Shown here: piece by piece, positions 1-9,309 of the stretch | Position numbering within the stretch: position 1 is the stretch's first letter | How the letters are laid out: the number at the start of each line of letters is the position of its first letter | Assembly (NCBI GenBank): GCA_000991135.1 | Contig: LBST01000006.1 | Span: 46,663-110,662, forward strand | DNA: 64,000 bases | DNA from: Candidatus Roizmanbacteria bacterium GW2011_GWC1_37_12 | Lineage (GTDB): Bacteria; Patescibacteriota; Microgenomatia; UBA1406; GWC2-37-13 | Direction: 5' to 3' | The notes under the pieces: generated by a model | Seen by the model: only the letters and a program-made list of their open reading frames with translations | What the model was told of the DNA's origin: nothing | The model's database searches: none | Translations under genes and position numbers: made by a program

Positions 1-741
1 CTTCCTTATTTAACGGAAATTTACCAGGAAAAAAAAGTAGAAGAATTTAAAAAAATCATTACCGATTCCATCCTCAATCTTTTTTTTCTGACCATTCCTA
101 TCGCTTTATTTTTTATTTTTGCCAGGACGCCCATCATCAGACTTTTCTTTGGCGGCCCAAAATTTGACTGGGAGGCGACAGTACAAACGGCCGTCACTCT
201 TTCCTATTTCTCAATCGCCCTGCCCTTTCATGCTGTTTATTACCTATTAACTCGCTGCTTTTACGCCATAATGGACAGCAAAACACCCTTCTATATTGGA
301 TTTGTTTCAATCTTGATCAATACTCTTTTGAGTTTACTTTTTGTCTTTTATTTTCATCTGCCTATTTGGGCATTGGCGATTTCTTTTTCTGCTTCAATGA
401 TTTTTAATTCAACATTACTTTTTGCCATTCTCTGGAAAAAAATTTCCGGCTTTAATTTTACTTTTATTGTCAGCGAGCTTCTCAAAATGGCTTTTTCAGG
501 AGTAATCGCCTCAATAATCTCTTATTCATTGATGAAGCTCTTCGACGGATTGATATTTGATACGTCATTTACCATCAACGTTTTCTTGCTTCTTGCCGTC
601 ACTTTTTTTATCTTTATTTTTCTCTATCTTTTTATATCGTGGGTGATCGAAATCAAGGAAATCTATCTGATCAGCCGCCTTATCCTCAAGGCCAAAGAAT
701 ACCAAAAAAGGATCACCGAACTCTATACCAGCTATGAGTAA
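1..741 (+). CDS. murJ: Lipid II flippase MurJ/MviN, C-terminal part (5' truncated by window)
   Basis: Frame is open from base 1 (LPYLTEIY...RTPIIRLFFGGPKFDW...LLTRCFYAIMDSKTP); multi-TM protein with the MviN-like FYA-x-xDxKTP motif. Confidence 0.85.
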   Translation, partial: LPYLTEIYQEKKVEEFKKIITDSILNLFFLTIPIALFFIFARTPIIRLFFGGPKFDWEATVQTAVTLSYFSIALPFHAVYYLLTRCFYAIMDSKTPFYIGFVSILINTLLSLLFVFYFHLPIWALAISFSASMIFNSTLLFAILWKKISGFNFTFIVSELLKMAFSGVIASIISYSLMKLFDGLIFDTSFTINVFLLLAVTFFIFIFLYLFISWVIEIKEIYLISRLILKAKEYQKRITELYTSYE

Positions 742-2005
742 AAAACAAAAAGAAGACAAACAAAAAATAGTCGCGATCGCTGCCATCCAAAAAAAACTGT
801 TGGGAAAAAGGCTGTCGTACCGGGAAGTCTATGCCATTATGGATGAAATCGCCAAGGAAAAACTGACTGACATTTTGACGACTTATTTTGTCGCTTCATC
901 TTTTAAAGAAGGTTATAAGCCGATTGAACTCTTTCATTTCACCAAAGCAATGGTCGAAACCGGCAATAAACTTTCATTTAAAGGGATTGTCGCTGACAAA
1001 CATTCTGTCGGCGGTATTGCCGGAACCAGGACAACTATGATTATCGTCCCAATAATTGCCGCTGCTGGTTTTAAAATTCCCAAGATTTCCTCGCGTGCGA
1101 TTACGACACCTGCAGGGACCGCTGACGTCATGGAAGCAATTGCTAGTATAGAATTTAGCCCGACGGAAATTGAAAAAATTGTCAATAAGGTTGGAGGCTG
1201 TATTGCCTGGAACGGCCGCCTCGGTATCGCCCCTGCCGACGACGTCATCATCCGCGTCGAGGAACCTCTGTCTTTCGAATCATTTGACAAAATCATCATT
1301 TCGGTGATGGCAAAAAAAGTCGCCGCCGGGACGACTCATTTAGCTTTAGACTTACCCTATGGAAAAACTGCCAAAATTCATCATTTCAGCGATGCAGAAA
1401 AAGTCGCCAAAAAATTTCAAGATCTGGCAAAACATTTTGGGATAAAAACTGTCGTTGATATCAATGAAATGCTCGAGCCAGCGGGCCGAGGAATTGGACC
1501 GATCTTGGAAGCCCGCGATGTTTTATATGTCCTCGAACAAGAAACAGATAGACCGCTTCGTTTGGAAACGAAAGCCCTTAGATTGTCAGGGATGCTCCTT
1601 GACCTTTGTTTTCAAGAAAAAAAGATCAAAAAGAACGGCGATGAGGAAGCGAGAAAAATCCTCGAATCAGGAGCTGCTTTAAAAAAATTTAGGGAAATCG
1701 TTTCCGGCCAAAAAGGCGATGGAAACATTTCTTGCAAAAGCCTCAAGCTTTCTCCTCATAAAAAAGAGATACTTGCGGATGTTTCTGGTAGAATTAAGGG
1801 TATTAATAATTATAATCTAAACACAGTTGCCAAAGTCTTAGGGTCTCCCAAGGACCGCCAGGCCGGCATCTATCTTTTGAAAAAACTGGACCACAATGTT
1901 GATAGGAGGGAACCGATGATGATCCTTTACTCAAGCGATAAATATCGATTAAAAGAAGGCGAAGTGACGATTAAAAATTTGCCGATATTTACAATCGAAC
2001 ATTAG
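734..2005 (+). CDS. AMP/thymidine phosphorylase family protein (archaeal-type AMP phosphorylase-like, lacking the N-terminal extension)
   Basis: DKHSVGGIAGTRTT, KISSRAITTPAGTADVME, APADD, SVMAKK motifs. Confidence 0.85.
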   Translation: MSKKQKEDKQKIVAIAAIQKKLLGKRLSYREVYAIMDEIAKEKLTDILTTYFVASSFKEGYKPIELFHFTKAMVETGNKLSFKGIVADKHSVGGIAGTRTTMIIVPIIAAAGFKIPKISSRAITTPAGTADVMEAIASIEFSPTEIEKIVNKVGGCIAWNGRLGIAPADDVIIRVEEPLSFESFDKIIISVMAKKVAAGTTHLALDLPYGKTAKIHHFSDAEKVAKKFQDLAKHFGIKTVVDINEMLEPAGRGIGPILEARDVLYVLEQETDRPLRLETKALRLSGMLLDLCFQEKKIKKNGDEEARKILESGAALKKFREIVSGQKGDGNISCKSLKLSPHKKEILADVSGRIKGINNYNLNTVAKVLGSPKDRQAGIYLLKKLDHNVDRREPMMILYSSDKYRLKEGEVTIKNLPIFTIEH

Positions 2006-2006
2006 T

Positions 2007-2969
2007 ATGAAAAAACGTTATATTATATTTTTTCTTCTTTCTATCTTTGTCTTGGGCTTTTATCTTTTTTATCGGGAAGGAACTCTGCCTTTTAACAAAA
2101 ACGACAAGACCTCTAAGATTTTTGTCATCGCTCGTGGGGAAGCACTGGAAAATATTGTCAACAATCTCGCCAAAGAGGATCTGATTCGCAGTAAATTAAT
2201 ATTTTATCTTGTTGTCAAGCAGTTGGGGATCGAAAGAAGTATCCAGGCAGGAGACTTTCGCCTCAATCCTTCGCTCAATGCCTTTGAAATAGCCAAGGCT
2301 CTTACCCACGGCACTCTTGACGTCTGGGTGACCTTGATTGAAGGAACAAGAAAGGAAGAAATGGCTCAAGTTATAGGCCGCGAACTAGACATTCCCGAGG
2401 TAGAATTTATTAAATTAGCGTCAGAGGGCTATCTTTTTCCAGATACTTATTTGGTTCCAAAAGACGCTACGGCCGGTTCTGTAATTTCTATTTTGCAAAA
2501 CAACTACGAACAAAAATTTTCTCCGGAGTTAAAAGCAAAAGCGGAAAAAAATGGTCTTTCCGAAAAAGACGTCATCATTCTGGCTTCAATCGTCGAAAAA
2601 GAAGCGAAACATAAAGAAGATAAAAGCGTTGTGGCCAGCATTTTGCTCAAACGTCTGGAGGCGGGCTGGCCTCTTCAGGTTGATGCTACCATCCAATATG
2701 CTCTAGGCTATCAACCCGAAGAAAAGAGCTGGTGGAAAAAAGTCTTGTCCTTTGACGATCTCAAAATTAATTCGCCCTATAACTCCTATAAGAATGAAGG
2801 CCTGCCGCCGACACCGATTTCTAACCCTGGATTAGTGTCTATTGAAGCTGTTATTGGTGCTGATGCTTCAACACCGTTCTGGTATTATATCTCTGACAAA
2901 CAAGGCAACATGCATTATGCCCGCTCTGACGAAGAACACAGTGCGAATATACAAAAGTACCTTCAATAA
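2007..2969 (+). CDS. mltG: Endolytic transglycosylase MltG (YceG)
   Basis: N-terminal TM; EGYLFPDTY, ASIVEKEA, LQVDAT, SPYNSY..GLPPTPISNPG. Confidence 0.93.
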   Translation: MKKRYIIFFLLSIFVLGFYLFYREGTLPFNKNDKTSKIFVIARGEALENIVNNLAKEDLIRSKLIFYLVVKQLGIERSIQAGDFRLNPSLNAFEIAKALTHGTLDVWVTLIEGTRKEEMAQVIGRELDIPEVEFIKLASEGYLFPDTYLVPKDATAGSVISILQNNYEQKFSPELKAKAEKNGLSEKDVIILASIVEKEAKHKEDKSVVASILLKRLEAGWPLQVDATIQYALGYQPEEKSWWKKVLSFDDLKINSPYNSYKNEGLPPTPISNPGLVSIEAVIGADASTPFWYYISDKQGNMHYARSDEEHSANIQKYLQ

Positions 2970-2974
2970 ATTTT

Positions 2975-3517
2975 TTATGGCTTTTTCGGGAAAGTCCCCT
3001 CCGGTGCGTACCAATCCCTGACTTCGACCCCCGACGTAGTCTGTCCAGCAGTGACATTAACTGGTATCAATGAATGATCAGTGCATTCGACTGAAAGCCC
3101 GCAGGGAACCATTTTTGAATAACCGCCGGCTAAACTTGAATTTGAACCAACAGGATAAGCAACCACATAATAAGTCCCTGGATCGACATCTTTTATGGTA
3201 AATGTTCCCTGGTTTTGTCCTGTTTTAATCAGAAAATATTTTGATTGATCAATCGAATTAAATGCATAGACTTCAAGCGCTGGAATACCTTCCGAAGGAT
3301 ATCCTAATTCGCCTTCAATTGTTCCTTTGGTTTCTATAGCCTTTGTCGGTGTCACTGTTGCCGTCGGTATCGCTTCTTCATCAGTTGAAGAAGGAATACT
3401 TTTTTCCAATTTTTTTAGTTCCTGATTTTCTTTTAAAACTGTTTGATATTGATTATATCCCCAATAAGCGCCAAACCCTAGCATGAAAGCAATCAAGGCA
3501 ACTATGACAATTTTCAT
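2975..3517 (-). CDS. Hypothetical membrane-anchored/secreted protein
   Basis: N-terminal hydrophobic anchor, Thr/Pro linker, beta-rich domain with a Cys pair. Confidence 0.7.
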   Translation of the reverse strand: MKIVIVALIAFMLGFGAYWGYNQYQTVLKENQELKKLEKSIPSSTDEEAIPTATVTPTKAIETKGTIEGELGYPSEGIPALEVYAFNSIDQSKYFLIKTGQNQGTFTIKDVDPGTYYVVAYPVGSNSSLAGGYSKMVPCGLSVECTDHSLIPVNVTAGQTTSGVEVRDWYAPEGTFPKKP

Positions 3518-3534
3518 TTTGAAATTTGAAATTT

Positions 3535-5685
3535 TTAATGAATATCGCTTGCTTGCATATCAACTGGTTCAGGATTTACCGGTCGTTTGACAACATCTCT
3601 CGGCTTCGAGCCTTCAGCCTGTCCCACGTACCCGGCTGCTTCCATCTGATCAAGAATCCTGGCTGCACGGGCATAACCAATAGATAATCTTCGTTGAAGA
3701 AGTGATGCTGACGCTTTATCTTGTTGCATGATGATTTCCAAAGCCTGATTAAATAGAGGATCGTTTTCTCCGCCGTTGACAACCATAGTTCCACCTGCCC
3801 CCGACCTGATGGTTACGGCCTGCTCTGTCACTTCCTCGGTATAATGGACTTGCGGAGCCTGGGATTTTAAGAATTTAACCAAGTTGACGACTTCTTTTTC
3901 GGTGACATACGGCCCTTGAATACGGACCGGCTTGGCTTTGTCAGGAGGCAGATAGAGCATATCTCCCCGACCCAATAGTTTCTCCGCTCCGGGCATATCG
4001 ATGATCACCCGCGAATCGATCATCGAGGAAACATTGAAAGCAACACGAGTCGGGATATTGGCTTTCATCAAACCAGTAATAACGTCGACAGATGGCCGCT
4101 GGGTCGCTAATATCAAATGAATTCCTGTTGCCCGAGACATCTGGGCGACTCTCGTAATTAATTCTTCAGCCTCGCCTGGAGCAAAAATCATTAGGTCGGC
4201 CAGCTCGTCGATGACAAAAAGGATGTAGGGTCTTTTTTCTATTCCTTCAATTGCATTATAGCTTTCGATATTTCTGGCGCCGGCTTTGGCAAAAATCTTG
4301 TATCTTGTCTCCATCTCGCCGACAGTCCACTTCAAAGCTGAAATAATCTTGTCAGCCTCGACAATCACTTCGGTTAAAAGGTGAGGAATGCCGTTATAGA
4401 TTGAAAGCTCGACTCGTTTCGGGTCGACCAAAATCATCCGCAAATCTTCCGGCCTGGTCCTAAAAAGAAATGAAGAAATCCAGGCGTTGAGAAGGACGGA
4501 TTTTCCGCTGCCTGTGGCTCCGGCAATCAAAACGTGAGGCATCTTAGAAAGGCTGGCCGCGATTGGCTGGCCGGAGACATCAAGCCCCAAAGGAACAAGA
4601 AGTGGATCGTTATTTGTAGTAAAGACAGAAGAGGACAACATGGCTTTTTCTGTAACGATTTCCGGTCTTTTATTGGGAATTTCTATGCCGACCAAGGACC
4701 GGCCAGGAATCGGAGCTTCAATTCTCACTTGTCCGGTCGAAGCCGCCAAAGAAAGGGCTAGATTATTGGATAAAGCTGTAATTCGCGACAGCTTTGTTCC
4801 CATAGCAATGGCAATCGCATACTGGGTAACTGCCGGTCCAAAATTTACCTCTTCTACCTTAGCTCTAATGCCAAAGCTGTCTAGAGTCTGTTCGATTACA
4901 GAAGCGTTGTGTTTGACATCGCCCCGGTCGGCTTCTTTTTGGGTGACGTCTGCCAAAAGCGACAACGGCGGATAGACCCAGGTTGTTTTTGAAAAGGCAG
5001 GTAGAGGTTTTATAGTGATTAAAGAATCTTTCTGTGACTGCGATACCTGCAGAGCGGGGGCCGGAGCCATTCTTGTCTTTTCCTCTAGTTTTTTATCTAG
5101 AATCAATTGTTTTTCTTCTTTTTTTCCAGTTAATAAAGGTTTTTCTGTTAGCCCTCTAAACAGATAATTTTTCAAAAAAAGCAATCCTGATTTCAAAAGA
5201 TTAAAAATAAAGATGAGAAAGACATCTATCGAAGTGTCTAAAAATAAAACCAACCCAATTATAAAAATCACCGCCATGATAATAATCGCGCCGATTAAGG
5301 AAAAATCAAGAGAGAGATTGTCAAATATTATCTTTCCAAAATCACCAGACTGAAAAATCCCCAACAAAGAAATAAAAACCATTATAATTCCGCCCGAAAC
5401 ATTTGGTTTGATAAATTTAAGCTTTTTGGTATTGAAGAAATGGGCCGAGACGAGAATTAAGATAAATGGAAGCATGATCGATAGCCAGCCAAAACTGCTG
5501 GTTAAGAATTTGTTTAGGCTAAAAAGAAGTCTTCCTGAATTCTCGTTCGACAAATTTTTCGCGAATGAGACTAACGAGACTAACGAAACCCCTATCAAAA
5601 TAAAACCCAAGATATTAAAAATTGTCTGTTTATTAATTTTGAACTTCAAAAACGGTAATCTTATTAAAGATCTTCTTCTTGCCAT
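3535..5685 (-). CDS. ftsK: DNA translocase FtsK/SpoIIIE
   Basis: N-terminal TMs; GATGSGKS, DELADLM, ATQRPS, C-terminal gamma domain (LLQRRLSIGYARAAR); start taken at MARRR. Confidence 0.95.
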   Translation of the reverse strand: MARRRSLIRLPFLKFKINKQTIFNILGFILIGVSLVSLVSFAKNLSNENSGRLLFSLNKFLTSSFGWLSIMLPFILILVSAHFFNTKKLKFIKPNVSGGIIMVFISLLGIFQSGDFGKIIFDNLSLDFSLIGAIIIMAVIFIIGLVLFLDTSIDVFLIFIFNLLKSGLLFLKNYLFRGLTEKPLLTGKKEEKQLILDKKLEEKTRMAPAPALQVSQSQKDSLITIKPLPAFSKTTWVYPPLSLLADVTQKEADRGDVKHNASVIEQTLDSFGIRAKVEEVNFGPAVTQYAIAIAMGTKLSRITALSNNLALSLAASTGQVRIEAPIPGRSLVGIEIPNKRPEIVTEKAMLSSSVFTTNNDPLLVPLGLDVSGQPIAASLSKMPHVLIAGATGSGKSVLLNAWISSFLFRTRPEDLRMILVDPKRVELSIYNGIPHLLTEVIVEADKIISALKWTVGEMETRYKIFAKAGARNIESYNAIEGIEKRPYILFVIDELADLMIFAPGEAEELITRVAQMSRATGIHLILATQRPSVDVITGLMKANIPTRVAFNVSSMIDSRVIIDMPGAEKLLGRGDMLYLPPDKAKPVRIQGPYVTEKEVVNLVKFLKSQAPQVHYTEEVTEQAVTIRSGAGGTMVVNGGENDPLFNQALEIIMQQDKASASLLQRRLSIGYARAARILDQMEAAGYVGQAEGSKPRDVVKRPVNPEPVDMQASDIH

Positions 5686-5747
5686 ATTAATAATACTACT
5701 TATAGCCTCTTTGAAAATCAACCGATACCAACAGCTTTATCATACCT

Positions 5748-5766
5748 CGTCACCCGTAGGGTGACG
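5748..5766. repeat. REP-like palindrome CGTCACCC-GTA-GGGTGACG (left flank of Y1 transposase)
   Basis: 8-bp perfect stem; related copies at 6550, 20780, 22789, 28856. Confidence 0.8.
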
Positions 5767-5825
5767 AAAGCTGAAAAAGTGGCATATCAACTTTTTTAGA
5801 TTGTTAAATTAATCCAAAAACATTA

Positions 5826-5873
5826 TTTTGTAGCGTATAGTCCGTTGACAAAATCTCCTGATACCCATAAGGT
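5826..5873 (+). promoter_or_regulatory. Conserved motif TTTGTAGCGTATAGTC fused to a sigma70 promoter (TTGACA-17-TAAGGT)
   Basis: Motif recurs at 28927 and 37540 (minus strand); -10 lies 6 nt before the ATG. Confidence 0.65.
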
Positions 5874-5879
5874 GAAATT

Positions 5880-6545
5880 ATGACCCTAAAAAGACTACCT
5901 TTAGCAACCGGTGAGTTTTATCACGTCTATAACAGATCCATTGCTGATGAAAATATTTTTAATAACTTGAAATACTTAAGTAAAATTTTAGAAATCGTTG
6001 ATTATTATCGATTTAATCAAAGAATACGCTTATCAAGATTTTATGATTTATCTGACTCGATACAAGAAGTTTACTTGAAAGAAATTAGACAGAAAAACCC
6101 TTTAATAGATATTTACTCCTTTTCGTTTATGCCAAATCATTTACATTTTCTCTTAAAACAACGAGAAAATGATGGTATTAAAAAATTTCTCAGCAATGTT
6201 GAAAATAGTTATGCTAAATATTTCGATTTGAAATATAATAGAAAAGGATCACTTTTTTTAAATAGCTTTAAATATAAAAGAATAACTAACGAAGAACAAT
6301 TTATCCATGTCTGTAGATATATTCATCTTAATCACGTTACTTCGTATCTTATCGAGTTTGAACAATTAAAAATATATCCTTTTAGTTCATATTCATGGTA
6401 TTTGAACGATAATTTAAATAGATTTGTTAACACTGATTTAATAATGAATCACTTCAAAACTAAAGATAATTTTATTAAGTTTCATCAAAATCAAGTCGAA
6501 TATCAAAGAAAGCTAGAAGAGATTAAAGATTTATTACTCGAGTAG
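5880..6545 (+). CDS. REP-associated tyrosine transposase-like protein (Y1/HUH, IS200 superfamily)
   Basis: FYHVYNRS, FMPNHLHFLLKQ (HUH), RYIHLNH, YPFSSY; flanked by palindromes on both sides. Confidence 0.85.
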   Translation: MTLKRLPLATGEFYHVYNRSIADENIFNNLKYLSKILEIVDYYRFNQRIRLSRFYDLSDSIQEVYLKEIRQKNPLIDIYSFSFMPNHLHFLLKQRENDGIKKFLSNVENSYAKYFDLKYNRKGSLFLNSFKYKRITNEEQFIHVCRYIHLNHVTSYLIEFEQLKIYPFSSYSWYLNDNLNRFVNTDLIMNHFKTKDNFIKFHQNQVEYQRKLEEIKDLLLE

Positions 6546-6549
6546 CCTT

Positions 6550-6566
6550 GTCACCCTATGGGTGAC
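6550..6566. repeat. REP-like palindrome GTCACCC-TAT-GGGTGAC (right flank of Y1 transposase)
   Basis: Same family as 5748, immediately after the stop codon. Confidence 0.8.
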
Positions 6567-6576
6567 GTGCCTAATT

Positions 6577-8667
6577 TTATTGTATCATCTGGAGATTAAT
6601 CCTGCCCATGTTGTCGATTTGGTAGACTTTGACGCGGACTTTCTGGCCAATCTTGACGACGTCATACGGGTTTTTGACAAACCCTTTACCCATCTTGGAA
6701 ACGTGAATCATTCCTTCTTTGCCTGGTAATATCTCGACAAAGGCTCCAAACTGCAAGATCCTTTTTACCTCTCCTTCAAATTCCTCGCCAACCTGAATAA
6801 TCCGAGTGATATTATTGATTTGGGCGACTGCCTCGTCTACCTTCGCTCGATCCAAACCGCTAACAGTTACTCTACCATCATCTTCGACATTGATCTCTGT
6901 TTGAGTTCTGGCAATCAAAGCTCGGATGTTTTTTCCACCAGGTCCGATGATCTCGCCAATTTTATCAGGAGGAGGAGTCAAGACGACTACTTTCGGCGCA
7001 TAACGGGAAATTTCTTTGCGCGGCTTGTCAATTATTTTATTCATCGCCGCTAAAATTTCGAGGCGCGCTTTTTTTCCCTGACTAAAAATGTCTTTTATCA
7101 TCTTTGTTGTCAAACCTTTGTTTTTGACGTCAAGCTGAATTGCCGTCACACCGTCAACGGTACCAGCGATCTTGAAATCCATTTCTCCAGAAAAGTCTTC
7201 AAGACCAACAATATCGGTCAAAACTACGTATTCATCGTCAGACTTTGACATCAAACCCATGGCAACTCCGGCAACCGCAGCCTTTAAAGGAACGCCAGCA
7301 TCCATTAAAGACAAAGAAGATCCGGAAACGCTTCCCATCGAAGAAGAGCCGTTTTCCGCCAGGATTTCGGAAACTACCCTGATCGCATAAGGAAATTCAT
7401 CGCTCGATGGCAATACCGGCTCGATTGCTTTTTCAGCCAGGGCTCCGTGCCCGATCGCTCTTCGGGAAGGGCCAAAAAACCGACCGACCTGCCCATAAGA
7501 ATAAGGCCCGTCAGAATAGTGATGTATATATCTTTTTGCTTCTTTGCCTTCGGGGCCTTCAATGAGCTGCTCTAAAGTGGTCGAGCCCAAGGTGGTAATA
7601 GAGAGAACCTGGGTCTGACCTCTTTGAAAAAGGGCGCTTCCATGAGTGCGGGGAAGGACAGAAACTTCAACAAATAGATCTCTTACTTTATCAAATTTCC
7701 TAGCGTCTGGACGAATCTTTTTTTCTAAAATATTTTTTTTGATATTTTCATAATTATATTTTGTGATTGCTGCCAATATTTGTTTGCTGTCAAATTTCTT
7801 TTCCATGTCCTCATATATTGAAGAAACGATTTCTTGAAGCATCTTGTCCTCACTCCCTGCAGTTTCCGCCGCCTGCTTCACCGCTTCTTCGACTGGTTTT
7901 GCGTATTTTTCTTTGACCAATTTAACGATTTCTGAATAGTCGTTTTCTTCTGGAGTTGATTCTTTTTTCTTTCCGACTTTTTGACCGACTTTTTCAATAA
8001 ATTCAATGATTTTTTTGTTTTCTTTTTTGGCCATCTCGATACCTTCTTGAATAATTTCATCTTTGACAATGTTAGCTTTTGTCTCGATCATCAAAACTTT
8101 ATCTTTAGTTGAAGAAACTACTAAATCAAGGCTAGAAAATTCTTCTTCGTTTTCCGTCGGATTTAAAATAAATTCTGTTTCTTTATTTTCCGCCGATGTC
8201 ACATAACCTATCCTTACTGTTGATATCGGACCGGCCCAGGGGACTGAAGAAACAGTGAGGGCGGAGGAGGCTGCAATTGCCGAAAGAACCGCCGGGTCAT
8301 TGACTCCGTCAACTGAAAGTAAAGTAACGACTACTTGAACCTGTTTTTTATAGGTTTTGGGAAACAAAGGCCGGATGGAACGGTCGATCAACCTGCCGGT
8401 CAAAACTGCATAATCAGACGGCCGTCCCTCTCTTTTAATCCAACGCGATCCTTTGATAAGTCCTCCTGCGTAAAGTTTTTCCGCATATTCAACTGACAAA
8501 GGAAAATAATCAATATTGGGGTTTTCCGGACCAACCGCCACGGTCACTAAAACCGCAGTATCGCCGAGCGTTGCATACACTGAAGTGTCAACAGCTTGAG
8601 CCAATTTTCCAAACTGAAGAGTCAATTTTTGTCCGTCTATTTCGAAAGATTCTTCGATAATATTCAT
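6577..8667 (-). CDS. pnp: Polyribonucleotide nucleotidyltransferase (PNPase)
   Basis: Two RNase PH domains (RLIDRSIRPLF, NGSSSMGS, DFKIAGT), KH (IIGPGGK) and S1 domains. Confidence 0.97.
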   Translation of the reverse strand: MNIIEESFEIDGQKLTLQFGKLAQAVDTSVYATLGDTAVLVTVAVGPENPNIDYFPLSVEYAEKLYAGGLIKGSRWIKREGRPSDYAVLTGRLIDRSIRPLFPKTYKKQVQVVVTLLSVDGVNDPAVLSAIAASSALTVSSVPWAGPISTVRIGYVTSAENKETEFILNPTENEEEFSSLDLVVSSTKDKVLMIETKANIVKDEIIQEGIEMAKKENKKIIEFIEKVGQKVGKKKESTPEENDYSEIVKLVKEKYAKPVEEAVKQAAETAGSEDKMLQEIVSSIYEDMEKKFDSKQILAAITKYNYENIKKNILEKKIRPDARKFDKVRDLFVEVSVLPRTHGSALFQRGQTQVLSITTLGSTTLEQLIEGPEGKEAKRYIHHYSDGPYSYGQVGRFFGPSRRAIGHGALAEKAIEPVLPSSDEFPYAIRVVSEILAENGSSSMGSVSGSSLSLMDAGVPLKAAVAGVAMGLMSKSDDEYVVLTDIVGLEDFSGEMDFKIAGTVDGVTAIQLDVKNKGLTTKMIKDIFSQGKKARLEILAAMNKIIDKPRKEISRYAPKVVVLTPPPDKIGEIIGPGGKNIRALIARTQTEINVEDDGRVTVSGLDRAKVDEAVAQINNITRIIQVGEEFEGEVKRILQFGAFVEILPGKEGMIHVSKMGKGFVKNPYDVVKIGQKVRVKVYQIDNMGRINLQMIQ

Positions 8668-8945
8668 TATTTTTTGAGGCCGAGGTCTTTGATTAATTTT
8701 TTATACCTTTTCTCGTCTAATTTCTGCAAATAATTAAGGATTCTTCTTCTTTTGGCAATTACTTTAAGTAAACCTCGGCGGGAATGATTGTCTTTTTTGT
8801 TAATGTCTAGATGTTCTGTTAATTTGTCAATTTTATGGCTAAGTAAGGCAGCTTGGACTTCTGGAGAACCGGTGTCGCCTTTGCCTTGAGCAAACTTTTC
8901 AATGATCTTTTGCTTATCATCTGGTAATTTTGCTAATTTTGTCAT
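8667..8945 (-). CDS. rpsO: 30S ribosomal protein S15
   Basis: DTGSPEVQ..HL..KKDNHSRRGLLK; classic rpsO-pnp order. Confidence 0.97.
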   Translation of the reverse strand: MTKLAKLPDDKQKIIEKFAQGKGDTGSPEVQAALLSHKIDKLTEHLDINKKDNHSRRGLLKVIAKRRRILNYLQKLDEKRYKKLIKDLGLKK

Positions 8946-8969
8946 AGTTTATCATTATAATTGATACTA

Positions 8970-9245
8970 ATGTTACTTGCAATACTTTTTTTTCTTTTAA
9001 TTATCGTCGCCATTATCCTTTTTGTCCCGCCTCTTCATTGGCTCATTGTCTTAGCCCTAATCGCCCTAATCTCCCTAACAGCTTTTTTTGGGCTAAGATT
9101 CTCCACTCACTCTAAAAAATATTCTTTCCTCGGTTCTACTTTGCTTTTTGTCATTCTTTCTCTTCTCGCCTTAGATCTTTTCGACCCAGTCAACGTCGTC
9201 TTAACCACCAGCTTGTTCGTCGGAATTCTCATTCTATTAAAATAA
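8970..9245 (+). CDS. Small hypothetical membrane protein
   Basis: About 4 hydrophobic helices, fills the intergenic gap. Confidence 0.6.
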   Translation: MLLAILFFLLIIVAIILFVPPLHWLIVLALIALISLTAFFGLRFSTHSKKYSFLGSTLLFVILSLLALDLFDPVNVVLTTSLFVGILILLK

Positions 9246-9309
9246 AAAGGTTCTGTCCTTTCACTTCGTTCGCTCGGAATGACAAAGATAAGATGTTATA
9301 ATTTAATCT

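Noticed and set aside
5567..5586. GAGACTAAC duplication in ftsK
   Set aside because: A 9-nt codon-phase duplication (SLV SLV) in a TM helix; no other copies noticed
5826..5851. Integron attC/attI interpretation of the conserved motif
   Set aside because: No GTTRRRY/RYYYAAC boxes and no integron integrase in the window; kept only as an unexplained motif
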